DNA of 59,982 nucleotides, the filler included. It is 4 parts of 4 records of this genome, joined end to end, with 100 filler letters (N's around TTAATTAATTAA, not from the genome) between each part and the next. Parts side by side here need not be neighbours in the genome. Positions count along the whole stretch, not along the records: positions 1 to 18,312 come from SRR31156797_1097; positions 18,413 to 33,639 come from SRR31156797_1103; 2 more parts are not named here. One strand, written 5' to 3'. Made by a program: the position numbers and the translations under genes. A model generated the notes under the pieces. It searched no databases. It was not told the origin of the DNA and worked only from the letters and a program-made list of their open reading frames with translations. Position 1 is the first letter of the stretch. The number at the start of each line of letters is the position of its first letter. Below, piece by piece: positions 10,212-19,486 of the stretch.

Positions 10212-11815
10212 TCAACTTTTTCTAAGATAATAGAAAAAACTGCTCCATAATACTCTGTATTGTTGTGGATAAGTTTTTTATTATGAACTGAGATATTTCC
10301 GTTGTGTCTTTCTCGAATGACTTTATCGCAGATTGTTAAGCCATTTCCAATACCTTTTGATTGGAACTTAGTTGTTATATAAGGCTCAAAAACTCTATCA
10401 ATAATATCTTTATTAATCCCCTCACCAGTATCATGGATAGAGAGTTTTATCTTCGTAGCATCTTTTTGTTTTAAAGTGATAGCTAAGAATCTTTCATTCT
10501 CACTTTTTTTCTCTTTCATATGCTCTATAGAGTTATTGATGATATTTAAAAAAACTTGTGTAAGCTCATTTCTATCCCCTTGAATATATAACTCTGAATC
10601 AAGATCACTTATAACAACTATATGTTCGCTTTCTAATACGGTTTCTAACATTATTAAAGTGTTTGTTATAAGCTCTTTGAGATTAATTCTGAGATGAGAA
10701 GTATCTTCTTCAATAATATTTCTAAAACTATCTATCACTTGTGATAAATATTTTGATTGAGTTGAAACAGTATGAAGAAATTTTTCAATATCTTCTTTTT
10801 GTAAGTCATCTGAGAGAGTCAACAAAGAAAGCCTTGAAGCACTAATAGTCATAATACTTAATGGCTGTCTCCATTGGTGGGCAATGTTGCTAATCATCTC
10901 ACTCATTGAGATAAGTTTTGATTGGACTTCAAGTTGTTTTAAAGAGGTGACATCTTTTGCTACTAAAAGGATTCTTTGCTCATCAGGCATAAGAGATATT
11001 GAAATATTTACAGTAATTTGTTCATTGTTTTTTGTTATATAGTTTTTTTCAATATTTCTTATAAAACCTTGGGTATTAAGAGTTTTTAATATCTCTAAAG
11101 TTTCTGATTTATCTTCTTTTACAGTCATATCAAGACATTTTTTTGAAAGAAGTTCTTGTGAATTATATCCAGTCATTTCAAGATAAGCTTCATTAAAATC
11201 TAGGAAGTTGGTTTCTAGATCTAAAATAGCTATTCCATCTTTACTATAATGAAAAATTGTTTCAAACTCTTTTTTTTGCTCCTCTATCTCTTTTTGATAC
11301 TCTTTTTCTTTTGAAATATCTGTGAACATTAAGAGATAGTACCCGTCTTGATTGATATTATAGTTTGAGCAGTTTATAATAAAACTTTTCACCCCTTCTT
11401 TCGTTTTAGTTTCCACTTCAAGTGAACTTTCTTCATAGGTTTTTTTACTAATCCAATCTATAAAACTTGTAAAATTTCCTTGGCTTAAAAGGGAATAGAA
11501 ACGTTTTTGTAAAAGTGATATTGAGAGATGAAAGTACCTATCTGCTTCTAAATTATATTTGATAATAGTAAACTCTTTGTCTATGACAATATAGGGGATT
11601 GGTGCATTATCAAAAAGGAGTTTATTGTGATTATTTTCAAGTTCAAGTTTTTCCCAAGAGTCTTGTAGTTCTTCATTTTGAGCTAAAAGCTCTGCTTCAT
11701 AGATCTCTAGTTCTTGAATAAGAGATTGGACATCATCCTGCCCTAAATTATTTATATCATAACTTTTTTTATTTTTTAGTTTTTCAAGTACAATTCCTGT
11801 TATACTTTTTTTCAT
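10208..11815 (-). CDS. Cytoplasmic PAS-PAS histidine kinase with N-terminal coiled-coil module
   Basis: H-box EMISNIAHQWRQPL, N-box NIINNS, DTGEG; N-terminal QELEIYEAELLAQNEELQ. Confidence 0.88.
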   Translation of the reverse strand: MKKSITGIVLEKLKNKKSYDINNLGQDDVQSLIQELEIYEAELLAQNEELQDSWEKLELENNHNKLLFDNAPIPYIVIDKEFTIIKYNLEADRYFHLSISLLQKRFYSLLSQGNFTSFIDWISKKTYEESSLEVETKTKEGVKSFIINCSNYNINQDGYYLLMFTDISKEKEYQKEIEEQKKEFETIFHYSKDGIAILDLETNFLDFNEAYLEMTGYNSQELLSKKCLDMTVKEDKSETLEILKTLNTQGFIRNIEKNYITKNNEQITVNISISLMPDEQRILLVAKDVTSLKQLEVQSKLISMSEMISNIAHQWRQPLSIMTISASRLSLLTLSDDLQKEDIEKFLHTVSTQSKYLSQVIDSFRNIIEEDTSHLRINLKELITNTLIMLETVLESEHIVVISDLDSELYIQGDRNELTQVFLNIINNSIEHMKEKKSENERFLAITLKQKDATKIKLSIHDTGEGINKDIIDRVFEPYITTKFQSKGIGNGLTICDKVIRERHNGNISVHNKKLIHNNTEYYGAVFSIILEKVD

Positions 11816-11907
11816 CTATAGATCCAATTTAGTTTTCAATTGGGAGTGATTATACAGAAATAATGGATAAAATTCAAAAAAGTACGAAAACTTGTAAAAA
11901 GTTTATA

Positions 11908-12507
11908 TTAAGACCAGAGTAATTCTTGTAGTGCAATCACCTTTGAGATATTGATATCTCTATAGATTTTAATATCTTTTCTTTTTGTAGCGGGTCTTAA
12001 TGCTTTATTGATATTATCCAAAATTACAGGAGTTGCATGTGGGTTATGGTAGTAATTAAGTACTGCATGAGATATTGTTCTATGTTGAGGATTTGTAATA
12101 AAAGCAAAAGTGATCTTTAGTTTTGAACTATCGATACCAAGAAGTCGTAGAGCAAAGTATTTAGCTATAGCATAATCTTCACAATCTCCTGCACCACTTC
12201 CAATAAATTCAAATGGTGGTGCCCAATAATCTTTCTTTTTCCAATGGATAGAGTCTTCCTTATAAGTAAGGGAGTTAAAATAGTCATTGATCATTTTTAG
12301 CTGAGTTTTGATATTCTTGTTTTTACTTTTTACAAGCATATTATTAAATTGAATGAGTCTTTTTTTCCCAGAAGTTCCATAAACTGATTCAACTTTTTTA
12401 AGTTGTTCCGCTGAGACAAACTCTAGAGCATTTGCGCTTAGTGAAAGTTGAAAAAAAAGAGTTACTACAAACAATAAAATAATATTTTTAAACATAAGAG
12501 ATTCCAT
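11908..12507 (-). CDS. Transglutaminase-like cysteine proteinase (BTLCP/LapG family)
   Basis: Signal peptide; DYWA, GDCEDYAIAKY, HAVL and LDN motifs give the Cys-His-Asp triad. Confidence 0.85.
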   Translation of the reverse strand: MESLMFKNIILLFVVTLFFQLSLSANALEFVSAEQLKKVESVYGTSGKKRLIQFNNMLVKSKNKNIKTQLKMINDYFNSLTYKEDSIHWKKKDYWAPPFEFIGSGAGDCEDYAIAKYFALRLLGIDSSKLKITFAFITNPQHRTISHAVLNYYHNPHATPVILDNINKALRPATKRKDIKIYRDINISKVIALQELLWS

Positions 12508-12663
12508 TAATAATTTTTCTTATTATAGCTAAAAAATGTAAGAAATTAGTTATAAAATGTTAAATTTATGAAAATATTTTATAAAGTAAAAAATAATAAA
12601 ATGAGATATTTGTTAGAATGCTTGTAAAATAGATAAAGGGATGTAAAAGTATACATCACCTTT

Positions 12664-12978
12664 TTATTTAATAATTATATTATAACTTAAAAAGTTGTCC
12701 CTATGCTGTTGTTTTTTATTGATTGCTCTATAGTGTCTTTTATTGGCTTGTTTTAAACTTCGCACTTCAGCTAAGAGCTTTGCGATCTCTCTTTCATTGT
12801 GTTGAATCTGTTTTTGATGGTATCTTACACCTTTATAATAGTGTTTATGGTCATACGCTCGTTCTATTTTGTATTTTTTCATAGCAGCTGGTCGATCTTG
12901 TCTATGAAAACTATCTTTGGCAAATAATGCCCCACTTAGAACTGAAACAGCTAATATAGCTAAAAGTAACCTTTTCAT
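12664..12978 (-). CDS. Small secreted basic hypothetical protein
   Basis: Signal peptide MKRLLLAILAVSVLSGALFA; AGGAGG RBS upstream. Confidence 0.7.
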   Translation of the reverse strand: MKRLLLAILAVSVLSGALFAKDSFHRQDRPAAMKKYKIERAYDHKHYYKGVRYHQKQIQHNEREIAKLLAEVRSLKQANKRHYRAINKKQQHRDNFLSYNIIIK

Positions 12979-13061
12979 TTGATCCTCCTTGTGGTTTCTT
13001 TATGGTGTAACTATAAAGGAAAATCGTGGAGTGATTGTGAAACTAAAAGAGATGAAAGTTA

Positions 13062-13535
13062 TTATAAAAATATCTGATCAAGATACTCTAAAAAGTCATA
13101 GGCATCTTTTTTATTTTTATCACTACTATGGGAGATAAACTCAATAGTTTTTACACTTTGGTTTTTTAAAGTGATATGGATATAAAAACATAATCTTTCA
13201 TAATAAGCTACATTTGCAGGAAAATCTTCAGGGAGTAAATAGTAGCTATCCCCCTCATTACTTGTATCGTATGTTCTATAATCTCCTGTATGTTTTACTG
13301 TATAGTAGTATTGTAATTCTTCTGAAGATATTAATGTATAAAGATCATCATATTGGAGTACAACTTCGTTGTTTGGATCAACGATGATCTTTCCATCTCC
13401 TGGGGGCATAAGTTTGTAGTGAAGTATTCCATCTTTATCTGCTAGGTTATTTTGTTGCATCTCTATACCATATTCGATGATCTCAGATGCTCTTATTCTT
13501 ATATTATCTAATTTAACAAATTTATTTGATTCCAA
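13062..13535 (-). CDS. Hypothetical protein
   Basis: 157-aa ORF in AT-rich DNA with an AAGGA RBS before a TTG start; no recognised motif. Confidence 0.55.
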   Translation of the reverse strand: MESNKFVKLDNIRIRASEIIEYGIEMQQNNLADKDGILHYKLMPPGDGKIIVDPNNEVVLQYDDLYTLISSEELQYYYTVKHTGDYRTYDTSNEGDSYYLLPEDFPANVAYYERLCFYIHITLKNQSVKTIEFISHSSDKNKKDAYDFLEYLDQIFL

Positions 13536-13685
13536 AAAAAATCCTTGAAAATAATTATGTATTGTACAGAGATAACTCTTAATACCTTATGCTTTATCAT
13601 TAAAAATTTATTTTATCAAGAAGATATAATTCTATGGTAAAATAAAAAAAGATACAATTTTTTAAGAGATATTAAGAGGTGTTTT

Positions 13686-13928
13686 ATGAAGAGCTTAAAA
13701 CTAGGATCAAATAAGATCAGTCAGTATTATAGAGTAAGTAGCTATGCTACTTCTTTAGAGAGAGTTGCAAAAGCAAAAGGTGGCTCAATCTATCCTTACC
13801 TTCCAAATGAATTAGTAGTCAATAGAAAAGAGGGACTTAAACTTTGTGAAGTGAAAAGTTCTCAAAGTGTGAGAGTAGACAAAATAGAGCCTATTGATCC
13901 TATTGAAGAGGATGATTGTTACGCATAA
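13686..13928 (+). CDS. Small hypothetical protein
   Basis: 80-aa ORF with AGAGG RBS, co-oriented with the downstream genes. Confidence 0.55.
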   Translation: MKSLKLGSNKISQYYRVSSYATSLERVAKAKGGSIYPYLPNELVVNRKEGLKLCEVKSSQSVRVDKIEPIDPIEEDDCYA

Positions 13929-13987
13929 ATTTAAAAAATTGAGAATATAATGGTATAATCCAGAAAATTTACTATAAAGGGTTTGAT

Positions 13988-14557
13988 ATGACAAAAGGAT
14001 TACTAGGAGTTTTATTTACATGTTTTATATTTATTGGATGTAGCAATGAAACAAAAGAAGAGGTAAAACAAGCAACAAATAACACCATAGATAAAGTTGC
14101 TGAAGTATCAAATGAAGCAAAAAATGAGACATCGAATACTGTAGATAAAATTGTTGAGAAAACAAAAGAAGTAACTGAAGAAGCAACGCAAAAAACAAGT
14201 GAAGTTGTAAATAAAGTTGTAGAAAAAACTAAAGAAGTGGCATCTAATGTACAAACAAAAACTACAGAGATAACAGAAGATGTAAAACAAAAAATCCATG
14301 AAGCAACAGCTTCTACTATAGATGCAAAAGCATTATATGTAAAATGTATCGCATGTCATGGAGCAAATGCTGAGAAAAAAGCTTTAAATGCTTCACAAAT
14401 TATTCAAAATTGGGATGAGAATAAGATCTACGATGCACTTAAAGGATATAAAGATGGAACGTATGGCGGAGCGATGAAAGGTGTTATGCAAGGGCAGGTA
14501 AAAAACTTTTCTATTGAAGAGATGAAAGCTTTATCAAAATACATCACTACATTATAA
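13988..14557 (+). CDS. Lipoprotein cytochrome c553-like protein with 11-residue-repeat linker
   Basis: Lipobox FIFIGC; single CIACH heme motif; distal Met in GAMKGVM; KTKEV/KTSEV/KTTEI repeats. Confidence 0.85.
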   Translation: MTKGLLGVLFTCFIFIGCSNETKEEVKQATNNTIDKVAEVSNEAKNETSNTVDKIVEKTKEVTEEATQKTSEVVNKVVEKTKEVASNVQTKTTEITEDVKQKIHEATASTIDAKALYVKCIACHGANAEKKALNASQIIQNWDENKIYDALKGYKDGTYGGAMKGVMQGQVKNFSIEEMKALSKYITTL

Positions 14558-14560
14558 ATA

Positions 14561-14595
14561 AATTAGCACTTAAATATATTAAGTGCTAATTTTAA
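14561..14595 (+). terminator. Probable rho-independent terminator
   Basis: Perfect 13-bp inverted repeat AATTAGCACTTAA / TTAAGTGCTAATT followed by T residues, just after the cytochrome c stop. Confidence 0.7.
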
Positions 14596-14659
14596 AGTTT
14601 TTATTAATAAAAGTGCTTTACAATACTTCAAAAATAAATAGATTTTATAAAGGATTTTT

Positions 14660-15505
14660 ATGGAACAGATAAAAACAATTTTTCTTTTAACACTACTTTC
14701 AGTTATCTTTGTATCAGTTGGGTTTTATTTTGCAGGAAATGGTGGGGCAATGATCGCTTTACTTATTGTAGGTGGGATGAACTTTTATGCTTATTATTAT
14801 TCAGATAAACAGGTTTTAGCCCACTATGATGCACAAGAGGTATATAGTGGACATTATATCAATGATATTGTTGCAAGGTTAGCTAGACGAGCAAATATCC
14901 CTATGCCAAAAGTATATATCATTCAAGATAATATTCCAAATGCTTTTGCAACAGGAAGAAATCCAGAAAATGCAGCAGTAGCTGTGACAAGTGGCTTACT
15001 AGATATTTTAAATGAAAAAGAGATCGAAGGGGTGATCGCCCATGAGCTTTCCCATGTAAAACATTATGATATTTTAGTAGGAACTATAGCTGCAACAGTA
15101 GCAGGGGCAATTGCATGGATAGCAAATATTATGCAGTTTAGTGCAATGTTTGGAGGAAGTAATAATCGAGGAGTTCATCCAGTTGTGATGATTCTAATTG
15201 CAATTGTTCTTCCAGTTGCGGCGATGATTGTTCAGATGAGTGTAAGTAGAAGTAGAGAGTATCTGGCAGATGAGGGAGCAGGGCGACTCACTGGTGAGCC
15301 ACAATATCTCCAATCTGCTTTATCAAAACTAGAAAACTATGCTAAAAGAGGAACTTTACATAACGCTACTCAAGAGAGTGCTCATATGTTTATCGTCAAT
15401 CCATTTAGTGGGCATAAGATGAATTTTGGAGATCTTTTTCGTACCCATCCTACTACAGAAGATAGAATAGCAAGACTAGAAGAATTAAAGTTTGATCTTA
15501 GATAA
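14660..15505 (+). CDS. htpX: Zinc metalloprotease HtpX (M48)
   Basis: [30 protein letters not shown] motifs. Confidence 0.93.
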   Translation: MEQIKTIFLLTLLSVIFVSVGFYFAGNGGAMIALLIVGGMNFYAYYYSDKQVLAHYDAQEVYSGHYINDIVARLARRANIPMPKVYIIQDNIPNAFATGRNPENAAVAVTSGLLDILNEKEIEGVIAHELSHVKHYDILVGTIAATVAGAIAWIANIMQFSAMFGGSNNRGVHPVVMILIAIVLPVAAMIVQMSVSRSREYLADEGAGRLTGEPQYLQSALSKLENYAKRGTLHNATQESAHMFIVNPFSGHKMNFGDLFRTHPTTEDRIARLEELKFDLR

Positions 15506-15565
15506 ATTCCTTTTTATAATTTAACTTTATTTATGTTAAAGTAATAAAAATAAAGAGGAAAGTCA

Positions 15566-16801
15566 TTGAAAAGTAAAATATTAGTTATTGATGATGTTGC
15601 AAAAAACCTCCAGTTAGTTGGAGAAACACTTAATAGTGAAAGAATAGAAGTTATTGCCTCAACAAATGGTGAACATGGATATCTTTTAGCTAAAAAACAT
15701 CGACCAGATCTTATTCTTTTAGATATTATGATGCCTAATATTACGGGGATAGAGGTTTGTAAACAATTAAAAGCTGATAATGATCTTAAAGATATTCCTG
15801 TCATCTTTTTAACTGCAAAAACTGAAACCAATGATATAGTAGAAGGTTTTGATGTAGGGGCGGTTGATTATATTACTAAACCTTTTTTTCAAAAAGAGCT
15901 TATCTCTCGTGTCTCATTACATCTCGAACTCTCTTTAAAAAAAGAAAAACTACAATCGTATATTGGTATCATTGATAAATATGTTCTAACCACAGTAACA
16001 GATAAAGAAGGGATCATCACTTATGCAAGTGATGCATTTTTAAAACGATCAGGTTATAGCAAAGAGGAGCTTTATGGAAAAACACATAGGGTTTTGCGAA
16101 ATGATAAGTTTGATCAAAACATATATGATGAGATAAAAAGCGCATTAGAAGAGAATAACTATTGGCATGGAGAGATTTTAAATCGTAATAAACAAGGAAA
16201 TGATTATTGGATTGAGCTAACTATTGATGCTATTATAACAAAATTAGGGAAAGTCACTGGCTATCAATCTATTATGGTAGATATCACAGATAAAAAGATG
16301 GTAGAGCATCTCTCAATTACTGATAATCTTACAGGGATATATAATAGAAGAAAAATAGAATTTATCCTAAACTATTCCATTAAACAACTAGGTCGTGATT
16401 TTGATAATTTAACTGTTCTTATTATTGATATTGATAATTTTAAATTAGTCAATGATATTTATGGGCATGAGGTTGGTGATGAGGTTCTAGAAAAGTTTGC
16501 AAAAATAATAAAAAATTCTGTGCGTCAAAATGATTCTTTTGGACGTTGGGGTGGTGAAGAGTTTGTTGTAGTATTACCCTCTACGAATAAAGAGGGTGGC
16601 TTTATAGTTGCAGAAAAGATTCGTGTAAACCTAGAACAATATAGCTTTGCTACAGTAGGTATTAAAACATGTAGTATTGGACTTTATGAGGTTGGTCAAA
16701 ATGATGATCTTAAAAGTGCTATCTCTAAAGCTGATAAAGCGATGTATCAAGCAAAACAAACAGGAAAGAATAAAACTGTGATCTATCAAAAAGGGAGTTG
16801 A
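15566..16801 (+). CDS. REC-PAS-GGDEF diguanylate cyclase
   Basis: Receiver (LLDIMMP, ITKP), PAS, DNLTGIYNRR and RWGGEEF. Confidence 0.9.
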   Translation: MKSKILVIDDVAKNLQLVGETLNSERIEVIASTNGEHGYLLAKKHRPDLILLDIMMPNITGIEVCKQLKADNDLKDIPVIFLTAKTETNDIVEGFDVGAVDYITKPFFQKELISRVSLHLELSLKKEKLQSYIGIIDKYVLTTVTDKEGIITYASDAFLKRSGYSKEELYGKTHRVLRNDKFDQNIYDEIKSALEENNYWHGEILNRNKQGNDYWIELTIDAIITKLGKVTGYQSIMVDITDKKMVEHLSITDNLTGIYNRRKIEFILNYSIKQLGRDFDNLTVLIIDIDNFKLVNDIYGHEVGDEVLEKFAKIIKNSVRQNDSFGRWGGEEFVVVLPSTNKEGGFIVAEKIRVNLEQYSFATVGIKTCSIGLYEVGQNDDLKSAISKADKAMYQAKQTGKNKTVIYQKGS

Positions 16802-17652
16802 GAATGAAAAAGTGGGTTTTAATCATAATAAGTATAGTGTGCTTACAAATATCTTTAAGTGCACACCATATCTCTAAAGGGGATATTATTTTAGGATTTA
16901 TGCCCTATATGTCTCCAAGTAAATTAGTGGAAAAATATACCCCTTTAGCAGAGTATCTTTCCAAAAGACTTAATACAAAAGTTTCAATTCAAATTGCAAA
17001 AAACTATATAGAACATTTAGAAAATGTAAAAAATGATAAATATGATATCGCTTTTTTAGGTGGAAGCCCTTATATCTATCTTGCAGATAATTTTAATAAA
17101 AAAAATCTGTTAGTACGATATGAATTTAATGATAAACCAACATTTCGCTCAGTCGTTTTTGTGAATCAAAACTCTTCATTTAAAACAATCAAAGATCTAG
17201 ATGGTAAAAAAATAGCCTTAGGAAATAAAAAATCAACCTTAAGTTCACAAGTACCAATGTATATGATCATGGAAGCAGGTGTGGATATAGATAAAACTCA
17301 ATTTGTTTTTTTAAATAATCATGAGAATGTACTTTTAGGAGTACTATTTGGAGAGTTTGAGGGAGGTGCTATTGCTGAAGAGATATTTTTAGAACACAAA
17401 AAACGTGGACTTAAAGCAATAGGATACTCAGATGATCTTTCAACTCATGTTTTTACTGTAAGTGATTCTATAAATAAACATGATCAACAAACGATAAAAG
17501 ATGTACTTTTAGAGCTTAAAGGCAATACAAATAAGAAAGTATTAAAAAGTATAAGTAAAAATCTTACAGGGTTTGTAGAAGTAAAAGATAGTGATTATAA
17601 CCTTTTAAGAGGTATTTTAGAAAAAGCGATCCCTATACTGGAGAAAAAGTGA
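16798..17652 (+). CDS. PhnD/phosphonate-type periplasmic substrate-binding protein
   Basis: Signal peptide; TPLAEYLSKRL, DLDGKKIALG..STLS, HENV pattern of Phosphonate-bd-like SBPs; no permease or ATPase adjacent. Confidence 0.75.
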   Translation: MRMKKWVLIIISIVCLQISLSAHHISKGDIILGFMPYMSPSKLVEKYTPLAEYLSKRLNTKVSIQIAKNYIEHLENVKNDKYDIAFLGGSPYIYLADNFNKKNLLVRYEFNDKPTFRSVVFVNQNSSFKTIKDLDGKKIALGNKKSTLSSQVPMYMIMEAGVDIDKTQFVFLNNHENVLLGVLFGEFEGGAIAEEIFLEHKKRGLKAIGYSDDLSTHVFTVSDSINKHDQQTIKDVLLELKGNTNKKVLKSISKNLTGFVEVKDSDYNLLRGILEKAIPILEKK

Positions 17653-18312
17653 GTATCTCTTCAAGATATCATAAAACCCAATTAAAACTTTTAGGGTTAG
17701 TATTACTGATCATTAGTATTTTTATGGTTGTTATATTTTATATAACTACACAACAGCAAGAGAAAAACCTTCTCCAAGTAGAAAAAAATAAATTAAGTTT
17801 AGAGATAGATCTTATTGGTGAATTTATCCATGAAACTATGCTGATGCATGATTATTCAGAAGTAAAAAATTTTTTAGAAGAGTGGGGAGAGGAAAGGGAA
17901 AATATTGTTGCTTTAAAAGCAATATTAAAAAATGGATTTTCTTTAGTGGATTATAATAGTTCTACGATAAAAAAAGATCAGACCTTAACGGTTCAAAAGA
18001 ATATTATTTTTGAAAATAATAGTATAACAATACAGATTGTAAAAGATATATCAATGATCAAAGAGCTATTAAGTACTTTACAAAACAATATGCTGCTTAT
18101 AGCAACTTTTATAGTGGTTTCTCTTGGATTATTATTATGGTTTGTTTTAACAAAAGTTGCCATAAAACCTATGAATGATGAGATAGAAGCACAAACCAAT
18201 GAATTAAAAAAACTCAATGTTTCTTTAGAAGTCGCAAAAAACAATGCACAAAGTGCAGCAAAAATAGCTCAAGAGGCAAATAAAGCAAAATCAGAGTTTT
18301 TAGCAAATATGT
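17649..18312 (+). CDS. Sensor (probably hybrid) histidine kinase, N-terminal part truncated by contig end
   Basis: Two TM helices, then ANKAKSEFLANM, the start of a BarA/ArcB-type H-box; runs into the N spacer. Confidence 0.8.
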
Positions 18313-18412
18313 NNNNNNNNNNNNNNNNNNNNNNNNNNNNNNNNNNNNNNNNNNNNTTAATTAATTAANNNNNNNNNNNNNNNNNNNNNNNNNNNNNNNN
18401 NNNNNNNNNNNN
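18313..18412. other. Artificial contig spacer
   Basis: 44 N + TTAATTAATTAA (stops in all six frames) + 44 N; base composition changes abruptly across it. Confidence 0.98.
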
Positions 18413-18471
18413 TGCCCACGCCCCCCTTGCCGCTGAAAAGAATGAGATGGAGCTTTTCGTTCTTCAAAAAA

Positions 18472-19452
18472 TCAGGAATATTTTTTGATGTCGGCTGCAA
18501 CACAGTGCTCTATTTCCTTGTTCAATCTGATTTCCAAAAGATTGTTTCGGATCTGCATTTGACGGTCTTTCGGGCTTATCTCCGTTCCGAGGGGCAGCTC
18601 CATTCGCAGGGAAGCGCCGATTTTGTGGCACCTGACCGTGACCCGGTCCCCGTGAAAATCCAGCTTCAGATCTTCTTCCGTGATGCCTTTGACTTCCATG
18701 ATGACCCGGATTTGTTCCCCCTCGTCAAAAATGTCCACCAATCGTTCCTCATTGGGCAGAAAACGCTCTTTTTTCCCGATCAACCACCAGCTGAAAGTGA
18801 TGACTTCCCCGGTTCCCGGATCGGTTCTTCGTTTTTCAAAGGAGAGGATGGCGCACCCCAGCTCTTTTTCGGCAATGGGGTTGATGGTGTCGCGAATGAC
18901 CACCAGGACATGCATGTGGTTCGGGGCCTGGATCAAATCCGCCAGTCGGTTGATCCTGGCGTGTCCGTTCTCCCAGAGATACCATAGAATATCCCTGCCG
19001 TCCGAGTCCAGTTGCGCAGAAATTCTATGGATGGTCGCAATGTCCACTTTCAGAAAGCAAATCTGATGGATTTTCTTTTTCCACGCATGGGTTTGGTTGG
19101 TGATAAGGAGGACTTTTGCGCTATCTTTCAAGGTATTTGCGCGGTGATAGATGATTCTCAGCGCATCCCTTGTTTTCATGGCGTAGTAGTGACGCTCCAG
19201 GCCCAGTTCTTTGATGTTTTCCACCGGGATTTCCAACCGGATGGATGGCCTCAGATAAAAAATGAGACGCTTGTTGGTCAAAAAGCACTGGATGGGCCGC
19301 CAACCGGTGCGGTGGGCTTCCCGGTATCCGCCCTGCTCCTCAAGGATGATTTCCTCCCCCGGCTCAAATTCCGGCTTTGCATTTTCAGGGGAAGGCATAC
19401 TCCTTTTTGCCTGTCTTAAAAAAATCTTTCCAGAACTTGATAAAAATCCCAT
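18472..19452 (-). CDS. PH/GRAM-like + HTH-like + Hsp20 (GvpH-like) multidomain protein
   Basis: N-terminal WRPIQCFLTNKRLIFY (PH/GRAM-like); central ILWYLWENGHARINRLADLI (wHTH-like); C-terminal VDIFDEGEQIRVIMEVKGI...RNNLLEIRL (alpha-crystallin pattern). Confidence 0.65.
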   Translation of the reverse strand: MGFLSSSGKIFLRQAKRSMPSPENAKPEFEPGEEIILEEQGGYREAHRTGWRPIQCFLTNKRLIFYLRPSIRLEIPVENIKELGLERHYYAMKTRDALRIIYHRANTLKDSAKVLLITNQTHAWKKKIHQICFLKVDIATIHRISAQLDSDGRDILWYLWENGHARINRLADLIQAPNHMHVLVVIRDTINPIAEKELGCAILSFEKRRTDPGTGEVITFSWWLIGKKERFLPNEERLVDIFDEGEQIRVIMEVKGITEEDLKLDFHGDRVTVRCHKIGASLRMELPLGTEISPKDRQMQIRNNLLEIRLNKEIEHCVAADIKKYS

Positions 19453-19486
19453 GAGTTGTCAAAAGCTGTGGCGCGGCGACCGGATG

